Below, one piece after another: positions 28,807-38,208 of a stretch of 49,049 nt of DNA. Each line of letters starts with the position of its first letter. Position 1 is the stretch's first letter. Position numbers and translations under genes: made by a program. This stretch comes from an uncultured Flavobacteriales bacterium (lineage in GTDB: Bacteria; Bacteroidota; Bacteroidia; Flavobacteriales_D; Parvicellaceae): positions 1-49,049 of the forward strand of contig CALKFX010000041.1 of NCBI GenBank assembly GCA_938084875.1, written 5' to 3'. The notes below the pieces were generated by a model. That model was given only the letters and a program-made list of their open reading frames with translations. It was not told where the DNA came from and did no database searches.

Positions 28807-29303
28807 TAATCTATACTGTGAATTAAATTTTTAAAATAATCACCTCTTAACTGATAGTTTTTATGAGTAATATAACTTGAGCAAGCTGGAGAGAAAAGAA
28901 CACTTATATTTTTAGTAGGATTATTTAAAGCCATATTTACCGAATCCCTAATGGTTGACAGTTGAGAGTACTTAACTTTAGAGCCAAAGAGATATTTTAT
29001 TTTGGTTTCATGTTTTCCATAATAGATTATCTCTGTTACTTTTGACAAAACTAAATCCTCTAATACCTCCAAATCTCTTGGAGATTGGTTTTCACCTACT
29101 ATCCAAATAATTGGTCCATCTATTTTAGACAAAGAATATGCTGTAGGTCCAGTGTCTGTAGATTTGGAATCATTGATCCAAATTTTTTCATGCTTGTTTG
29201 AAAAAAAATCAAGCCTGTGATCAATTGACGATAAAGAATTCAAAGATTCTTTTCTTTTATTAAGGAGCTGTTTTCTTATAGATTTTTGCTTAAGTATATT
29301 CAT
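28806..29303 (-). CDS. Stand-alone Mur-ligase C-terminal-domain protein, a paralogue of MurD domain 3
   Basis: The 165-aa ORF aligns without gaps to the last 135 aa of the adjacent MurD. Matching blocks are HRL, INDSK(S/A)T, IWIVG, LE.LV..KV, KIK..FGS, SPACSS and NY..RG..FKN. It has its own ATG 9 nt after the murD stop, and its stop overlaps the ftsW ATG (TAATG). Confidence 0.7.
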   Translation of the reverse strand: MNILKQKSIRKQLLNKRKESLNSLSSIDHRLDFFSNKHEKIWINDSKSTDTGPTAYSLSKIDGPIIWIVGENQSPRDLEVLEDLVLSKVTEIIYYGKHETKIKYLFGSKVKYSQLSTIRDSVNMALNNPTKNISVLFSPACSSYITHKNYQLRGDYFKNLIHSID

Positions 29304-29312
29304 TTACAAAAA

Positions 29313-30665
29313 TTATAACGTTCTTACAGCATTTTTAAATTGATGCCCTCTATCTTCGTAATTCTCAAATAAATCGAAACTAGAACAAGCAGGAGATAGC
29401 AATACATTAAATCCTTTTTTGGCAATTCTATAACTAATTTGTACTGCTTGATCCGCTGACTCAGCTTCATAAAAAGAATCCACTATGGAACCAAAAGCCT
29501 CTTTAATCTTAGAATTATCTTTTCCTAAGCAAACAATACCTAAAACTTTTTGTTTTACAAGTCCCTCTAATATGGAATAATCATTTCCTTTATCTACCCC
29601 ACCAACAATCCAAATAGTTGGTTGCTGCATACTTTCTAAAGCATACCATGTTGAATTGACATTTGTCGCCTTTGAATCATTTATAAAATTAATTCCATGG
29701 ATTTTGGCAACATCCTCTAATCTATGTTCTACATTTTGAAAATCCGCTAAACTATCTCGGATAATTTCTTTTCTAATATCTAAAACTCTTGCTGCTACTC
29801 CCGCAGCCATAGAATTAAATAAATTGTGCTTGCCTTGTTGGGCCAATTGATGAATGGACATAATTGTTTGTTTTTTATTGTTTATACTGATTTTTATTTG
29901 TTCTTTTTCTAACCAAGATCCTTTGAGCAACTTCTCATTAATGGAAACTGGAGCTAATTCGTAAGAGATTTCGTCTTTAGACATAATCCATTCTGATATT
30001 ACTTTATCGTCATGGTTATATATTAGACAATCACTTTTGGACATGTTTTGACAAATCCTAAATTTACTTTTTGAATATTTTGTGAAATCATGTTCGTATC
30101 TATCCAAATGATCTGGTGTAATATTTAGAATTATTGAAATGTCAGATTTGAAATTGTACATTCTATCTAATTGAAAGCTACTTAGTTCAATTACATAATA
30201 GTCAATGCTTTCAAGAGCTACTGACATGGCATAACTTTGGCCTATATTCCCAACTGCTTTTACATTGTATCCTGCATTCTCTAAAAGGTAGGTAACCATT
30301 AGAGTGGTTGTGGTCTTTCCGTTAGTTCCAGTAACACATATTTTTTTTGCATTACAGAAATAGCTTGCGAACTCAATTTCACTGATAATGGGTTTGGAAC
30401 TTTTTAGAAAATACTTTACTAATTGGTGGTCATTGTCGATTCCAGGGCTAACAACTAAAATATCTTGAATAGTAGATATAAATGGCATATAATCCCCTTG
30501 ATAAAATTTAACTCCATGTTCTCTTAAAGTATTGGTAGATTCCTTAGATATTTTTGAATCGTCACAGACAACTACATTTAAGTTATTTTTCTTAGCCAAT
30601 ACCGCTGCACCAACACCACTTTTTCCAGCACCTAAAACCACAATATTTTGAAAGTTTTTTATCAT
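29313..30665 (-). CDS. murD: UDP-N-acetylmuramoylalanine--D-glutamate ligase
   Basis: [13 protein letters not shown], the ATP loop [22 protein letters not shown], and [18 protein letters not shown]. Confidence 0.9.
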   Translation of the reverse strand: MIKNFQNIVVLGAGKSGVGAAVLAKKNNLNVVVCDDSKISKESTNTLREHGVKFYQGDYMPFISTIQDILVVSPGIDNDHQLVKYFLKSSKPIISEIEFASYFCNAKKICVTGTNGKTTTTLMVTYLLENAGYNVKAVGNIGQSYAMSVALESIDYYVIELSSFQLDRMYNFKSDISIILNITPDHLDRYEHDFTKYSKSKFRICQNMSKSDCLIYNHDDKVISEWIMSKDEISYELAPVSINEKLLKGSWLEKEQIKISINNKKQTIMSIHQLAQQGKHNLFNSMAAGVAARVLDIRKEIIRDSLADFQNVEHRLEDVAKIHGINFINDSKATNVNSTWYALESMQQPTIWIVGGVDKGNDYSILEGLVKQKVLGIVCLGKDNSKIKEAFGSIVDSFYEAESADQAVQISYRIAKKGFNVLLSPACSSFDLFENYEDRGHQFKNAVRTL

Positions 30666-31903
30666 CTAAGTTTTAGAGTTACAATGGAAAAAACTGCCAG
30701 TAGAATACCTAGTATCCAAAATCTAGATACTATTTTTGCCTCGTGAATTCCTTTCTTTTGGAAATGATGATGAATTGGAGACATTAAGAAGATTCTTCTA
30801 CCTTCCCCAAATTTTCTTTTGGTGTATTTGAAATAAGAAACTTGGAGGACAACACTTAAATTTTCTATAAGAAAAACCCCGCAGAAAACTGGAATTAATA
30901 ATTCCTTTCTAATTGCTATAGCAAAAACAGCAATTATACCTCCCAAAGCCAAACTACCTGTATCGCCCATGAAAACTTTTGCAGGAAATGAATTGTACCA
31001 TAAAAATCCAATACATGCTCCAACAAATGAGCTTATAAAAATCACAAGCTCAGATGAGTTTGGGATGTATAGAATATTCAAATAATCGGAAAAAACTAAA
31101 TTTCCTGAGAGATATGCAAAGATTGCTAATGTTATTCCAATAATTGCACTAGTTCCTGTAGCAAGGCCATCTAGGCCATCTGTTAAATTAGCGCCATTGG
31201 ATACTGAAATAACAATAATTACAATAATAGGAATAAACACTAGCCACGAATATTTGGACAACTCTGGACTTATCCAGCTAATTAGCCATGAATAATCGAA
31301 CTCATTATTTTTAACAAATGGAATTGTAGTTTTAAGTGATTTTGTCTCTTCCCAGAAATAACTTTTTGATTCTTGAGAACTCTCTTGCTGATTGGCAAGA
31401 ATTTCCGTGTTGTAATAAGTTTTAGATTTAATTGTAACAGATTCACTCCAATACATAGAAGCTCCTACAATTATTCCAACTCCAATTTGTCCAATTACTT
31501 TAAACTTTCCAGCTAATCCTTTTTTATTTTTTTTAAATACTTTAATGTAATCGTCTAGAAAACCAATCAATCCTAACCAGACAGTTGCAACAAGCATTAA
31601 TTGAATGTAAATGTTATCTAACTTGGCGAAAAGTATGGTTGGTACTATGATACCAGCTAAAATGATAACCCCACCCATTGTAGGTGTTCCTGCCTTCACC
31701 ATTTGACCTTCTAAACCCAAATCTCTAATAGACTCCCCAACTTGTTTTTTCTGTAAGAATTTAATTAGCCTTCCTCCAAAAACAAGTGTAATAACAAGTG
31801 AAGTAATTACTGCCATCCCGGCTCTAAATGAGATAAATTCGAATAATCCTGAACCAGGAAAGTCAAAATTTTGATTTATATAATTAAAAAAATGATAAAG
31901 CAT
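30662..31903 (-). CDS. mraY: Phospho-N-acetylmuramoyl-pentapeptide transferase
   Basis: [39 protein letters not shown], and SPIHHHF. Confidence 0.95.
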   Translation of the reverse strand: MLYHFFNYINQNFDFPGSGLFEFISFRAGMAVITSLVITLVFGGRLIKFLQKKQVGESIRDLGLEGQMVKAGTPTMGGVIILAGIIVPTILFAKLDNIYIQLMLVATVWLGLIGFLDDYIKVFKKNKKGLAGKFKVIGQIGVGIIVGASMYWSESVTIKSKTYYNTEILANQQESSQESKSYFWEETKSLKTTIPFVKNNEFDYSWLISWISPELSKYSWLVFIPIIVIIVISVSNGANLTDGLDGLATGTSAIIGITLAIFAYLSGNLVFSDYLNILYIPNSSELVIFISSFVGACIGFLWYNSFPAKVFMGDTGSLALGGIIAVFAIAIRKELLIPVFCGVFLIENLSVVLQVSYFKYTKRKFGEGRRIFLMSPIHHHFQKKGIHEAKIVSRFWILGILLAVFSIVTLKLR

Positions 31904-33366
31904 TATTGTTGTATTTGTTTGAAAATTTCTATGGTAGTTTCTAAATCATCAAAATGTAATTTCTCATCTCCAATGATTTGATACTTCTCATGCCCTTTGC
32001 CGGCAATTAAAATCACATCTCCACTTTCTGCTAATTCACAAGCAACTTTAATTGCTTGTCTTCTTTCTTGAACAGTTAATACTTTAGAAGATTTAGACTT
32101 TGGAATTCCTGAAATAATTTCCTTAATAATTTCGCTTGGCTTTTCACTTCTAGGATTATCGGAAGTTACTATCACCCTATCGCTATAGACGGATGAAATT
32201 TCACCCATTAATGGTCGTTTTCCCTTGTCTCTGTCTCCTCCACAACCAAATACAGTAAATATCTTTTCTTTATCGCTTTTTAGACTAACTAATGTTTTTA
32301 AAACATTTTCAAGAGCATCTGGTGTATGGGCATAGTCAATTACTGCTGTGACATTTCTTGGTGAAACGATGTACTCAAATCTGCCATCTGGTGCTTTTAG
32401 ATTACTTATAATTGTTAAAACAGTAAGAGCTTCTTCACCAAGAGATTTAGCTACTGCAAAAACAACCAAAAGATTGTAAGCATTAAATTCTCCTATCAAT
32501 CTAGAGGTCATTTCAAATCCGTCAATTTCTACTGAAAGTCCACTTATGTTATTTTCAACAATTTTCCCTTTAAAATCAAAATCACCCTTTAGTCCATAAG
32601 AAAATGGCTTTGCATTTATGTCTCTAACCATTTCTTCACCATAAGGGTCGTCAAAGTTTACAATTGCTAAAGCATCGTTTTTAAGAGAGTCAAATAACTT
32701 TTTCTTAGCACCTATATAGTCATTTAACGTAGGGTGATAGTCCATGTGATCTCTTGAAATATTGGTATAAACTCCAATATCAAAAGATAATCCAGAGACT
32801 CTATTTTGGTCTAAAGCATGAGAACTTACTTCCATAAAAACATGGGAACAACCATCTTTAACCATTTGACTCAACAATTCATTGATCCTAATTGCGTTTG
32901 GTGTTGTGTGAGTTGAGGGAATTGTTTTGTGAAGAATTTTAATGTGTACAGTTGAAATAAGCCCAGTTTTGTATCCCATTAGCCTATACAAATCATATAA
33001 TAATGTTGCGCATGTAGTCTTACCGTTGGTACCTGTTATTCCAACTAGTTTTAATTTTTCGGAGGGATTATCGAAAAAATTTGAGGCTATAATTCCTAAA
33101 GACTTTGAACTATCTAAAACTTTGATATAAGTAATCTCGTCACTTAAAATTTCAGGTAGACTTTCACAAATTATAGCAGATGCACCGTTATTCTGAGCTT
33201 GAGAAATAAAATCATGCCCATCTTGAGAGACTCCTTTTACAGCTATAAACAAAGAAAGATTTTTAATTTCTCTTGAGTCAAATGCTATATTTTCTACAGC
33301 AATATTAGTATTGCCTTTTATCTCGATGATTCTAATTCCATATATAATATCCCTTAGTAATTTCAT
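31903..33366 (-). CDS. murE: UDP-MurNAc-L-Ala-D-Glu--2,6-diaminopimelate ligase
   Basis: [30 protein letters not shown], and the DNPRSE motif (DAP-type). Confidence 0.9.
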   Translation of the reverse strand: MKLLRDIIYGIRIIEIKGNTNIAVENIAFDSREIKNLSLFIAVKGVSQDGHDFISQAQNNGASAIICESLPEILSDEITYIKVLDSSKSLGIIASNFFDNPSEKLKLVGITGTNGKTTCATLLYDLYRLMGYKTGLISTVHIKILHKTIPSTHTTPNAIRINELLSQMVKDGCSHVFMEVSSHALDQNRVSGLSFDIGVYTNISRDHMDYHPTLNDYIGAKKKLFDSLKNDALAIVNFDDPYGEEMVRDINAKPFSYGLKGDFDFKGKIVENNISGLSVEIDGFEMTSRLIGEFNAYNLLVVFAVAKSLGEEALTVLTIISNLKAPDGRFEYIVSPRNVTAVIDYAHTPDALENVLKTLVSLKSDKEKIFTVFGCGGDRDKGKRPLMGEISSVYSDRVIVTSDNPRSEKPSEIIKEIISGIPKSKSSKVLTVQERRQAIKVACELAESGDVILIAGKGHEKYQIIGDEKLHFDDLETTIEIFKQIQQ

Positions 33367-35456
33367 CCCAATTGTAAAATGATCTTTTGACCTTTATTAA
33401 TTCTTAAACCAGCTTTAATAGATTGTTCTCTTACTATTCCAGACCCAACTGGCTGGACAAACAATCCATACTTTTCCAACATATAGGTAGCATCTATCAA
33501 TCCCATACCAACTACGTTCGGAACCAATCCTTTTTGCGTCTTTTTATGGATTATTTTAATGGCATCTTTTCCAGTCCTTGTAGATACCCAATCGGTAGAT
33601 TCATTTGTTAAATCTTCAACTGGTATTCTCATGTTTTCAGAAGCAATTAAAAAAGACATCTTGTCACCACTTCTTGAATAAGGGTATCGGTTTAGAGTAT
33701 CTTTTAAAACAATATTTTCATTTTGAAATTCTTGAGCGTAGACCTTATCCGCAATCTCCTTAAATACAGTACCAGAAACAACAGACCCAAAAATATTTTT
33801 AGTTGGACCTTGAACAACTACAATGCAGCTATAAACCGGGTCTTTAGATGGAAAATACCCACAAAAAGAAGCCTGGTATTTATTTCCATATCCCTTAGAA
33901 CCTTGAGCAATTTTTGATGTACCTGTTTTTCCTGCAATTGAAAAACCCCTAGCTTTTATATTTTTTGCGGTACCTCTTTCAACAACTCCTTCAAGCATTA
34001 CCTTTAAATCCCTAAGTGTAGATTTAGAACAAATAGATGCGTTTAAAATTCTAGGCTTATATTCTTTTTGAATCTCGCTTCCCTTTTTAATATATTTCAC
34101 AAATTGAGGCTGAAGTAAAGTTCCTTCATTTGCTACTGCATTATACAAAGCTAATGTCTGTAGAGGAGTCATTTTCAACTCATAGCCAATAGACATCCAA
34201 GGAAGAGTTATTCCAGTAAAAGTTGGATCTGACGATTCTTTTATTAGTGGTACTCCTTCCCCAAGTATTGACAAACCAAGTTTTTGATGAATTCCTATTT
34301 CTTTTAATCCATCAATAAATTCCTGAGGCTCTGTTTTATAATTATCATATATAATTTGGCTTATAACATTAGATGATTTTTCAAATGCATCCTTAACCGT
34401 ATTTCTTCCATAAATTTTACCACCGTCGGTAAGGTAATTATCATAGAATTCATATCTACCTGTCATATCTACTGAGTCGGTTATTTCAACCTTCCCCTGT
34501 TCTAAAGCAACTAAAAGTGAAGCAAGTTTAAATGTTGAACCTGGCTCAGAAGCTAAGCCTACTGCGTGGTTTTGGGCTTCAAAATAAGTTTCAGTCTTAG
34601 GGTCAAATGAAAGGTTAGCGATGGCTTTAATAAATCCTGTTTTAACCTCCATCAAAACAGCGCATCCCTTCTGTGCCTTTTGTTCTCTTAATTGTTTCAA
34701 CAATGCAGATTCTGCCACATCCTGAATATTTACATCAATGGAAGTATAAACATCGCTTCCAGGGACAGGTTCAATGGATAATTCGTCATCCACTGGTTTC
34801 CATTCATTTCCCCTTATTTTCTCCATCAGCATCTGACCATTCTGACCTTTCAAATACTCATTAAATGCACCTTCAATACCAACTAAAATTGATTTTTTTC
34901 CATCATTTTCTACCACGTATCCTACCGTTCTATTAGCAAGCATTCCATAGGGTTTTACTCTTTGGTTTGATTTTAAAATAATACACCCTCCCCTATATTT
35001 TCCTAAATTAAAAATGGGAAACTTTCTTAGCCGTTCTATTTGATCATTTCTTAAACCTCTTGCAATAAAAAAGTATCGGTTACTGTCAAGCCTTTGGTGC
35101 TCTAATTCAGACTTCCACTCATTAGATGTTTTTCTTGCTAAAAGCACACTTAAGGAATCTGACAGATCTGATATGTTATCAATAAAATCCTGCTCACGGA
35201 TGGTAACCAAGTCAACAAAAACCTTATACCTTGGAACAGAAAGGGCAAGAGAAGTCTTTTGCTCATTTGAAGCATAAATATTTCCTCTTGGAGCTAATAC
35301 CTTTTTAGAAATAAAAATTTGTTTATTAGCGTCCGATTTTAACTGTTCACCTTTGAAAATTTGCAGATAAAATATTTGAAAAACTATACCTAAACCCATA
35401 AAAAGGACAAGAAAATAAACTGAATAAAGTCTTATTAAAGATTCTCTATTTTTCAT
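33363..35456 (-). CDS. ftsI: Penicillin-binding protein 3 / FtsI transpeptidase, with a C-terminal PASTA domain
   Basis: N-terminal TM, SxxK (GSTFKL), SxN (SSNV), and KTG (AGKTGTS). The C-terminal VPNVVGMGLIDATYMLEKYGL...GQKIILQLG is PASTA-like. Confidence 0.9.
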   Translation of the reverse strand: MKNRESLIRLYSVYFLVLFMGLGIVFQIFYLQIFKGEQLKSDANKQIFISKKVLAPRGNIYASNEQKTSLALSVPRYKVFVDLVTIREQDFIDNISDLSDSLSVLLARKTSNEWKSELEHQRLDSNRYFFIARGLRNDQIERLRKFPIFNLGKYRGGCIILKSNQRVKPYGMLANRTVGYVVENDGKKSILVGIEGAFNEYLKGQNGQMLMEKIRGNEWKPVDDELSIEPVPGSDVYTSIDVNIQDVAESALLKQLREQKAQKGCAVLMEVKTGFIKAIANLSFDPKTETYFEAQNHAVGLASEPGSTFKLASLLVALEQGKVEITDSVDMTGRYEFYDNYLTDGGKIYGRNTVKDAFEKSSNVISQIIYDNYKTEPQEFIDGLKEIGIHQKLGLSILGEGVPLIKESSDPTFTGITLPWMSIGYELKMTPLQTLALYNAVANEGTLLQPQFVKYIKKGSEIQKEYKPRILNASICSKSTLRDLKVMLEGVVERGTAKNIKARGFSIAGKTGTSKIAQGSKGYGNKYQASFCGYFPSKDPVYSCIVVVQGPTKNIFGSVVSGTVFKEIADKVYAQEFQNENIVLKDTLNRYPYSRSGDKMSFLIASENMRIPVEDLTNESTDWVSTRTGKDAIKIIHKKTQKGLVPNVVGMGLIDATYMLEKYGLFVQPVGSGIVREQSIKAGLRINKGQKIILQLG

Positions 35457-35770
35457 TTGTCAGAACTCTTATTGTGAATAATTAAAGGTGGATCTACTGA
35501 CTCATATAAACCCCATTTCTCAGTTTCTTTTACTACCTTGCTTTGAAGACTTTCCTTATCGTATAACTCCAAGGCAGATTGCAACTCTGAGTATAACTTT
35601 TCCCCAGTCTTACTTTTTTTAGAAATCTCTAAGACTACACCATCTACATGGTATCCATAAGCAACATAGAGAACCATTAGAAATGTTACATAAACCAAAA
35701 AAGGAGTATTGTTAATCACCATTCCTTTTTTGAAAAGATCTCCAGAAAATATTTCTTTAAAAACTGTCAT
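35453..35770 (-). CDS. FtsL-like cell division protein (Bacteroidota type)
   Basis: 105-aa bitopic protein (TPFLVYVTFLMVLYVAYGY) followed by a coiled-coil-like region. It sits at the canonical rsmH-ftsI position. Confidence 0.6.
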   Translation of the reverse strand: MTVFKEIFSGDLFKKGMVINNTPFLVYVTFLMVLYVAYGYHVDGVVLEISKKSKTGEKLYSELQSALELYDKESLQSKVVKETEKWGLYESVDPPLIIHNKSSDK

Positions 35771-36681
35771 TATCTTTTTTTTGCAATTCTTAATTTTGCA
35801 CTTCTAGCTCTTGGATTTAATTTTATTTCAGCGTCTCCGGGAACAATTGGTTTTTTATTCACCAAATCAAACGGCTTAGAAATATTTCCAAAAAAATCTT
35901 TTTCTAAATCCCCTTTACAATTTCCTGTTTTGAAGAAGTTTTTAACCAGTCTGTCTTCCAAGGAATGGTAAGTAATGATTGAAACGATTCCTTCATTTTT
36001 TAGAACTTTTGGTAACTGGTTTAAAAACTCGACTAAGGCATTTAATTCCTGATTAACTTCAATCCTTATGGACTGAAAAACTCTTGCTAAAAATTGATTT
36101 TTAACTTTTTGAGGCACTAAAAACTCAATACATGAAACTAAATCTTGAGTGGTAGTTAATTTGTTTTTAGCTCTTGCCTCTATGATATTTGATGTAAGCC
36201 TTTTAGACTCTACAGCTTTAAAGTCGCCGAACTGAGAGAAAATATTTTCAAGCTGGCCTTCATCATAAGTATTTAGTAGATCATATGCATCAAGTACTGC
36301 ATCTTTATTCATTCTCATATCTAATCTTTCATCAAATCGAAAAGAGAAACCTCTCTCTGGATTATCAAACTGAAATGAAGAGACCCCTAAATCTGCTAAG
36401 ATGCCAACCGGAAAACCATGACCAAAAGCTTCTAAAACATTTTGAATATTTCTAAAGTTTTGTCTAACCAATGAAAATCTGTCATCTGTTATATGATTTA
36501 CAGAGGCATCAGAATCTTGGTCAAAAGCCAAGAGCTTTCCATTCTCAATTTGATCAAGAATTGCCCTAGAATGACCTCCTCCACCAAAAGTAACATCAAC
36601 ATAAAAACCAGAAAGGTCAGAAACTAAAGCCTGAGTAGCTTCATTTAAAAGAACTGGTATATGATATTGATCAACTTTCAT
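35770..36681 (-). CDS. rsmH: 16S rRNA (cytosine1402-N4)-methyltransferase RsmH (MraW)
   Basis: YHIPVLLNE, DVTFGGGGHS, DLGVSSFQFD, and ITYHSLEDR. Start taken at ATG 36681 (MKVDQYH). The ORF-track start at 36735 lies inside mraZ. Confidence 0.9.
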   Translation of the reverse strand: MKVDQYHIPVLLNEATQALVSDLSGFYVDVTFGGGGHSRAILDQIENGKLLAFDQDSDASVNHITDDRFSLVRQNFRNIQNVLEAFGHGFPVGILADLGVSSFQFDNPERGFSFRFDERLDMRMNKDAVLDAYDLLNTYDEGQLENIFSQFGDFKAVESKRLTSNIIEARAKNKLTTTQDLVSCIEFLVPQKVKNQFLARVFQSIRIEVNQELNALVEFLNQLPKVLKNEGIVSIITYHSLEDRLVKNFFKTGNCKGDLEKDFFGNISKPFDLVNKKPIVPGDAEIKLNPRARSAKLRIAKKR

Positions 36682-37138
36682 CCGCCGACTCCCCCATAAC
36701 TTCGTGAGCCAATTGATCAAAACCATCCCAGTCATCTTTCATCATGGATTCATAGGTATTTTTGTCCCATAATTCCCACAAATCAACATTTGCAACAATA
36801 ACTAGTTCTTTTTTAATCCCAGCCCAACCAAGTAAACCCTTAGGAAGTAGCAGTCTACCATTACTATCAACAGTAATTTTAGTAGCACCTTTTTGAAACA
36901 TACGAGCAAATTTCCTATCCTTAGATTTAAACCTATTGAGCTTTCTCAATTTGCTCATAACCACCGACCACTCCGAAGAGGTGTACATAGAAAGGCAGTC
37001 ATCAACTCCTCTTGAAATAACAAACTGTTCTTGATCAACAGGAGATAATTGTTTTCTAACGTCAGAAGGAATTAACATCCTTCCTTTAACATCTAGCTTA
37101 CAATAGTATTCTCCAATAAATCCTGACAATTGACTCAA
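36671..37138 (-). CDS. mraZ: Transcriptional regulator MraZ
   Basis: Two SpoVT/AbrB-like halves with the DxxGR signatures KLDVKGRMLIPS and TVDSNGRLLLPK. TTG start. Confidence 0.9.
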   Translation of the reverse strand: MSQLSGFIGEYYCKLDVKGRMLIPSDVRKQLSPVDQEQFVISRGVDDCLSMYTSSEWSVVMSKLRKLNRFKSKDRKFARMFQKGATKITVDSNGRLLLPKGLLGWAGIKKELVIVANVDLWELWDKNTYESMMKDDWDGFDQLAHEVMGESADES

Positions 37139-37167
37139 ATTTTAAATGTAAATCTAATAATAATTTA

Positions 37168-37184
37168 CCCACTTTTTCCCACTT
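37168..37184 (-). promoter_or_regulatory. Candidate MraZ operator: two direct AAGTGGG repeats with 10-bp phasing, upstream of mraZ
   Basis: The plus strand reads cccactt at 37168..37174 and 37178..37184, which is AAGTGGG-aaa-AAGTGGG on the mraZ strand, 30-46 nt upstream of the mraZ start. Phased GTGG(G) repeats are the known MraZ box type in E. coli, Bacillus and Mollicutes. Confidence 0.4.
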
Positions 37185-37274
37185 ATATAACTTTGTGGAT
37201 AACTTTTTACGATTAATTACAAAATATGTTTCAATATAATTGAATTTTAATCTGTACTAAGCTTTTAAATAAAG

Positions 37275-37290
37275 GTGGTAAAATGTGGGG
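37275..37290 (+). promoter_or_regulatory. Second pair of 10-bp-phased GTGG / GTGGGG repeats, in the opposite orientation within the same intergenic region
   Basis: GTGG at 37275..37278 and GTGGGG at 37285..37290, facing the divergent acyltransferase gene. G-rich pentamers stand out in this AT-rich spacer. Confidence 0.2.
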
Positions 37291-37356
37291 ATTATTTTTT
37301 TTTAATGTTATTCTATCAACAATTTGCTACCTTTAAAATGGAATAATATCTGATGG

Positions 37357-38208
37357 ATGACTGTTCAAAAAAATGTTGACATAGGTAAAGTAATTGAGGA
37401 AAAAAGTCCTAGATTTTTTAAACTTATACCAAAGTTTTTGTTAAGAAAAATCAAATCCTTACTCCACGAGAGTGAAATAAACAATATTCTAGAAAATTTA
37501 TCTGGAAAAGAAAAACTTGATTTTATCAGCGGTGGCTTAAAGGAACTTCAAGTAATGTCGAGTAATTATGGGCTTGAGGAAATTCCAAGAAAAAAAGGGG
37601 TTGTAGTAGTAGCCAATCACCCACTTGGAGGTCTAGATGGACTAGCACTTATTAATGAAATAGGAAAATACAGGAAAGACATTAAGTTTTTAGTAAATGA
37701 TATTCTTTCTGAAATTGAACCTTTTAAGCCTTACTTTATCCCTATTAATAAGCATGGTTTGAACTCAAGAGAAAACATTTTAAGACTTGAAGAGTTATTT
37801 GCATCTGACAAATGCATTGTGATTTTTCCATCTGGATTAGTTTCGAGAAAAAAAAGTGGAATTGTAAAAGACCCAGAGTGGAGAAAAACGTTTGTAACAA
37901 AAGCCAAAAAACATAACAAACCAATTTATCCAGTTTATATTAGTGGTCAAAACTCAAATAGGTTTTATAAAATTGCTAAATGGAGAAGCTTATTTAGCAT
38001 AAAAATAAATCTTGAAATGTTTTTTCTTGTAGATGAAATGTTCAAACAAAAAGGAAATACTATTGAAATAACAATGGGAAAGCTAATAAAGCCGAAATTT
38101 CTTGATAATAAAAAAAATGACTCAGAATGGGCCCAAGCAATTAAAAATTATGTTTATAAAATACCTAATAATATTAATCTTGAATTTATAGAATCAATAA
38201 AAAAATGA
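37357..38208 (+). CDS. PlsC-like lysolipid O-acyltransferase (GlsA / OlsF N-terminal-domain-like)
   Basis: Acyltransferase block I VVVANHPLGGLDG (an HX5D variant of HX4D) and block III IVIFPSGLVSRK. Coupled by an ATGA overlap to the next gene. Confidence 0.7.
   Translation: MTVQKNVDIGKVIEEKSPRFFKLIPKFLLRKIKSLLHESEINNILENLSGKEKLDFISGGLKELQVMSSNYGLEEIPRKKGVVVVANHPLGGLDGLALINEIGKYRKDIKFLVNDILSEIEPFKPYFIPINKHGLNSRENILRLEELFASDKCIVIFPSGLVSRKKSGIVKDPEWRKTFVTKAKKHNKPIYPVYISGQNSNRFYKIAKWRSLFSIKINLEMFFLVDEMFKQKGNTIEITMGKLIKPKFLDNKKNDSEWAQAIKNYVYKIPNNINLEFIESIKK

Noticed and set aside
28806-29303. Interpreting the MurD-like 165-aa ORF as a simple murD pseudogene fragment
   Set aside because: Not adopted as the primary call. 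The frame is uninterrupted, it has its own ATG and a TAATG coupling to ftsW, and the ligand-contact blocks are the best-conserved parts. It remains the null hypothesis to test with dN/dS and conservation.
36682-36735. N-terminal extensions in the ORF track for rsmH (36735), murG (27719) and yqeY (21565)
   Set aside because: The extensions lie inside the upstream gene and add non-conserved residues. Internal ATGs give the canonical N-termini (MKVDQYHIPVLL, MSSCKVIISGGGTGGH, MGKIENQ) with the short overlaps typical of this operon.
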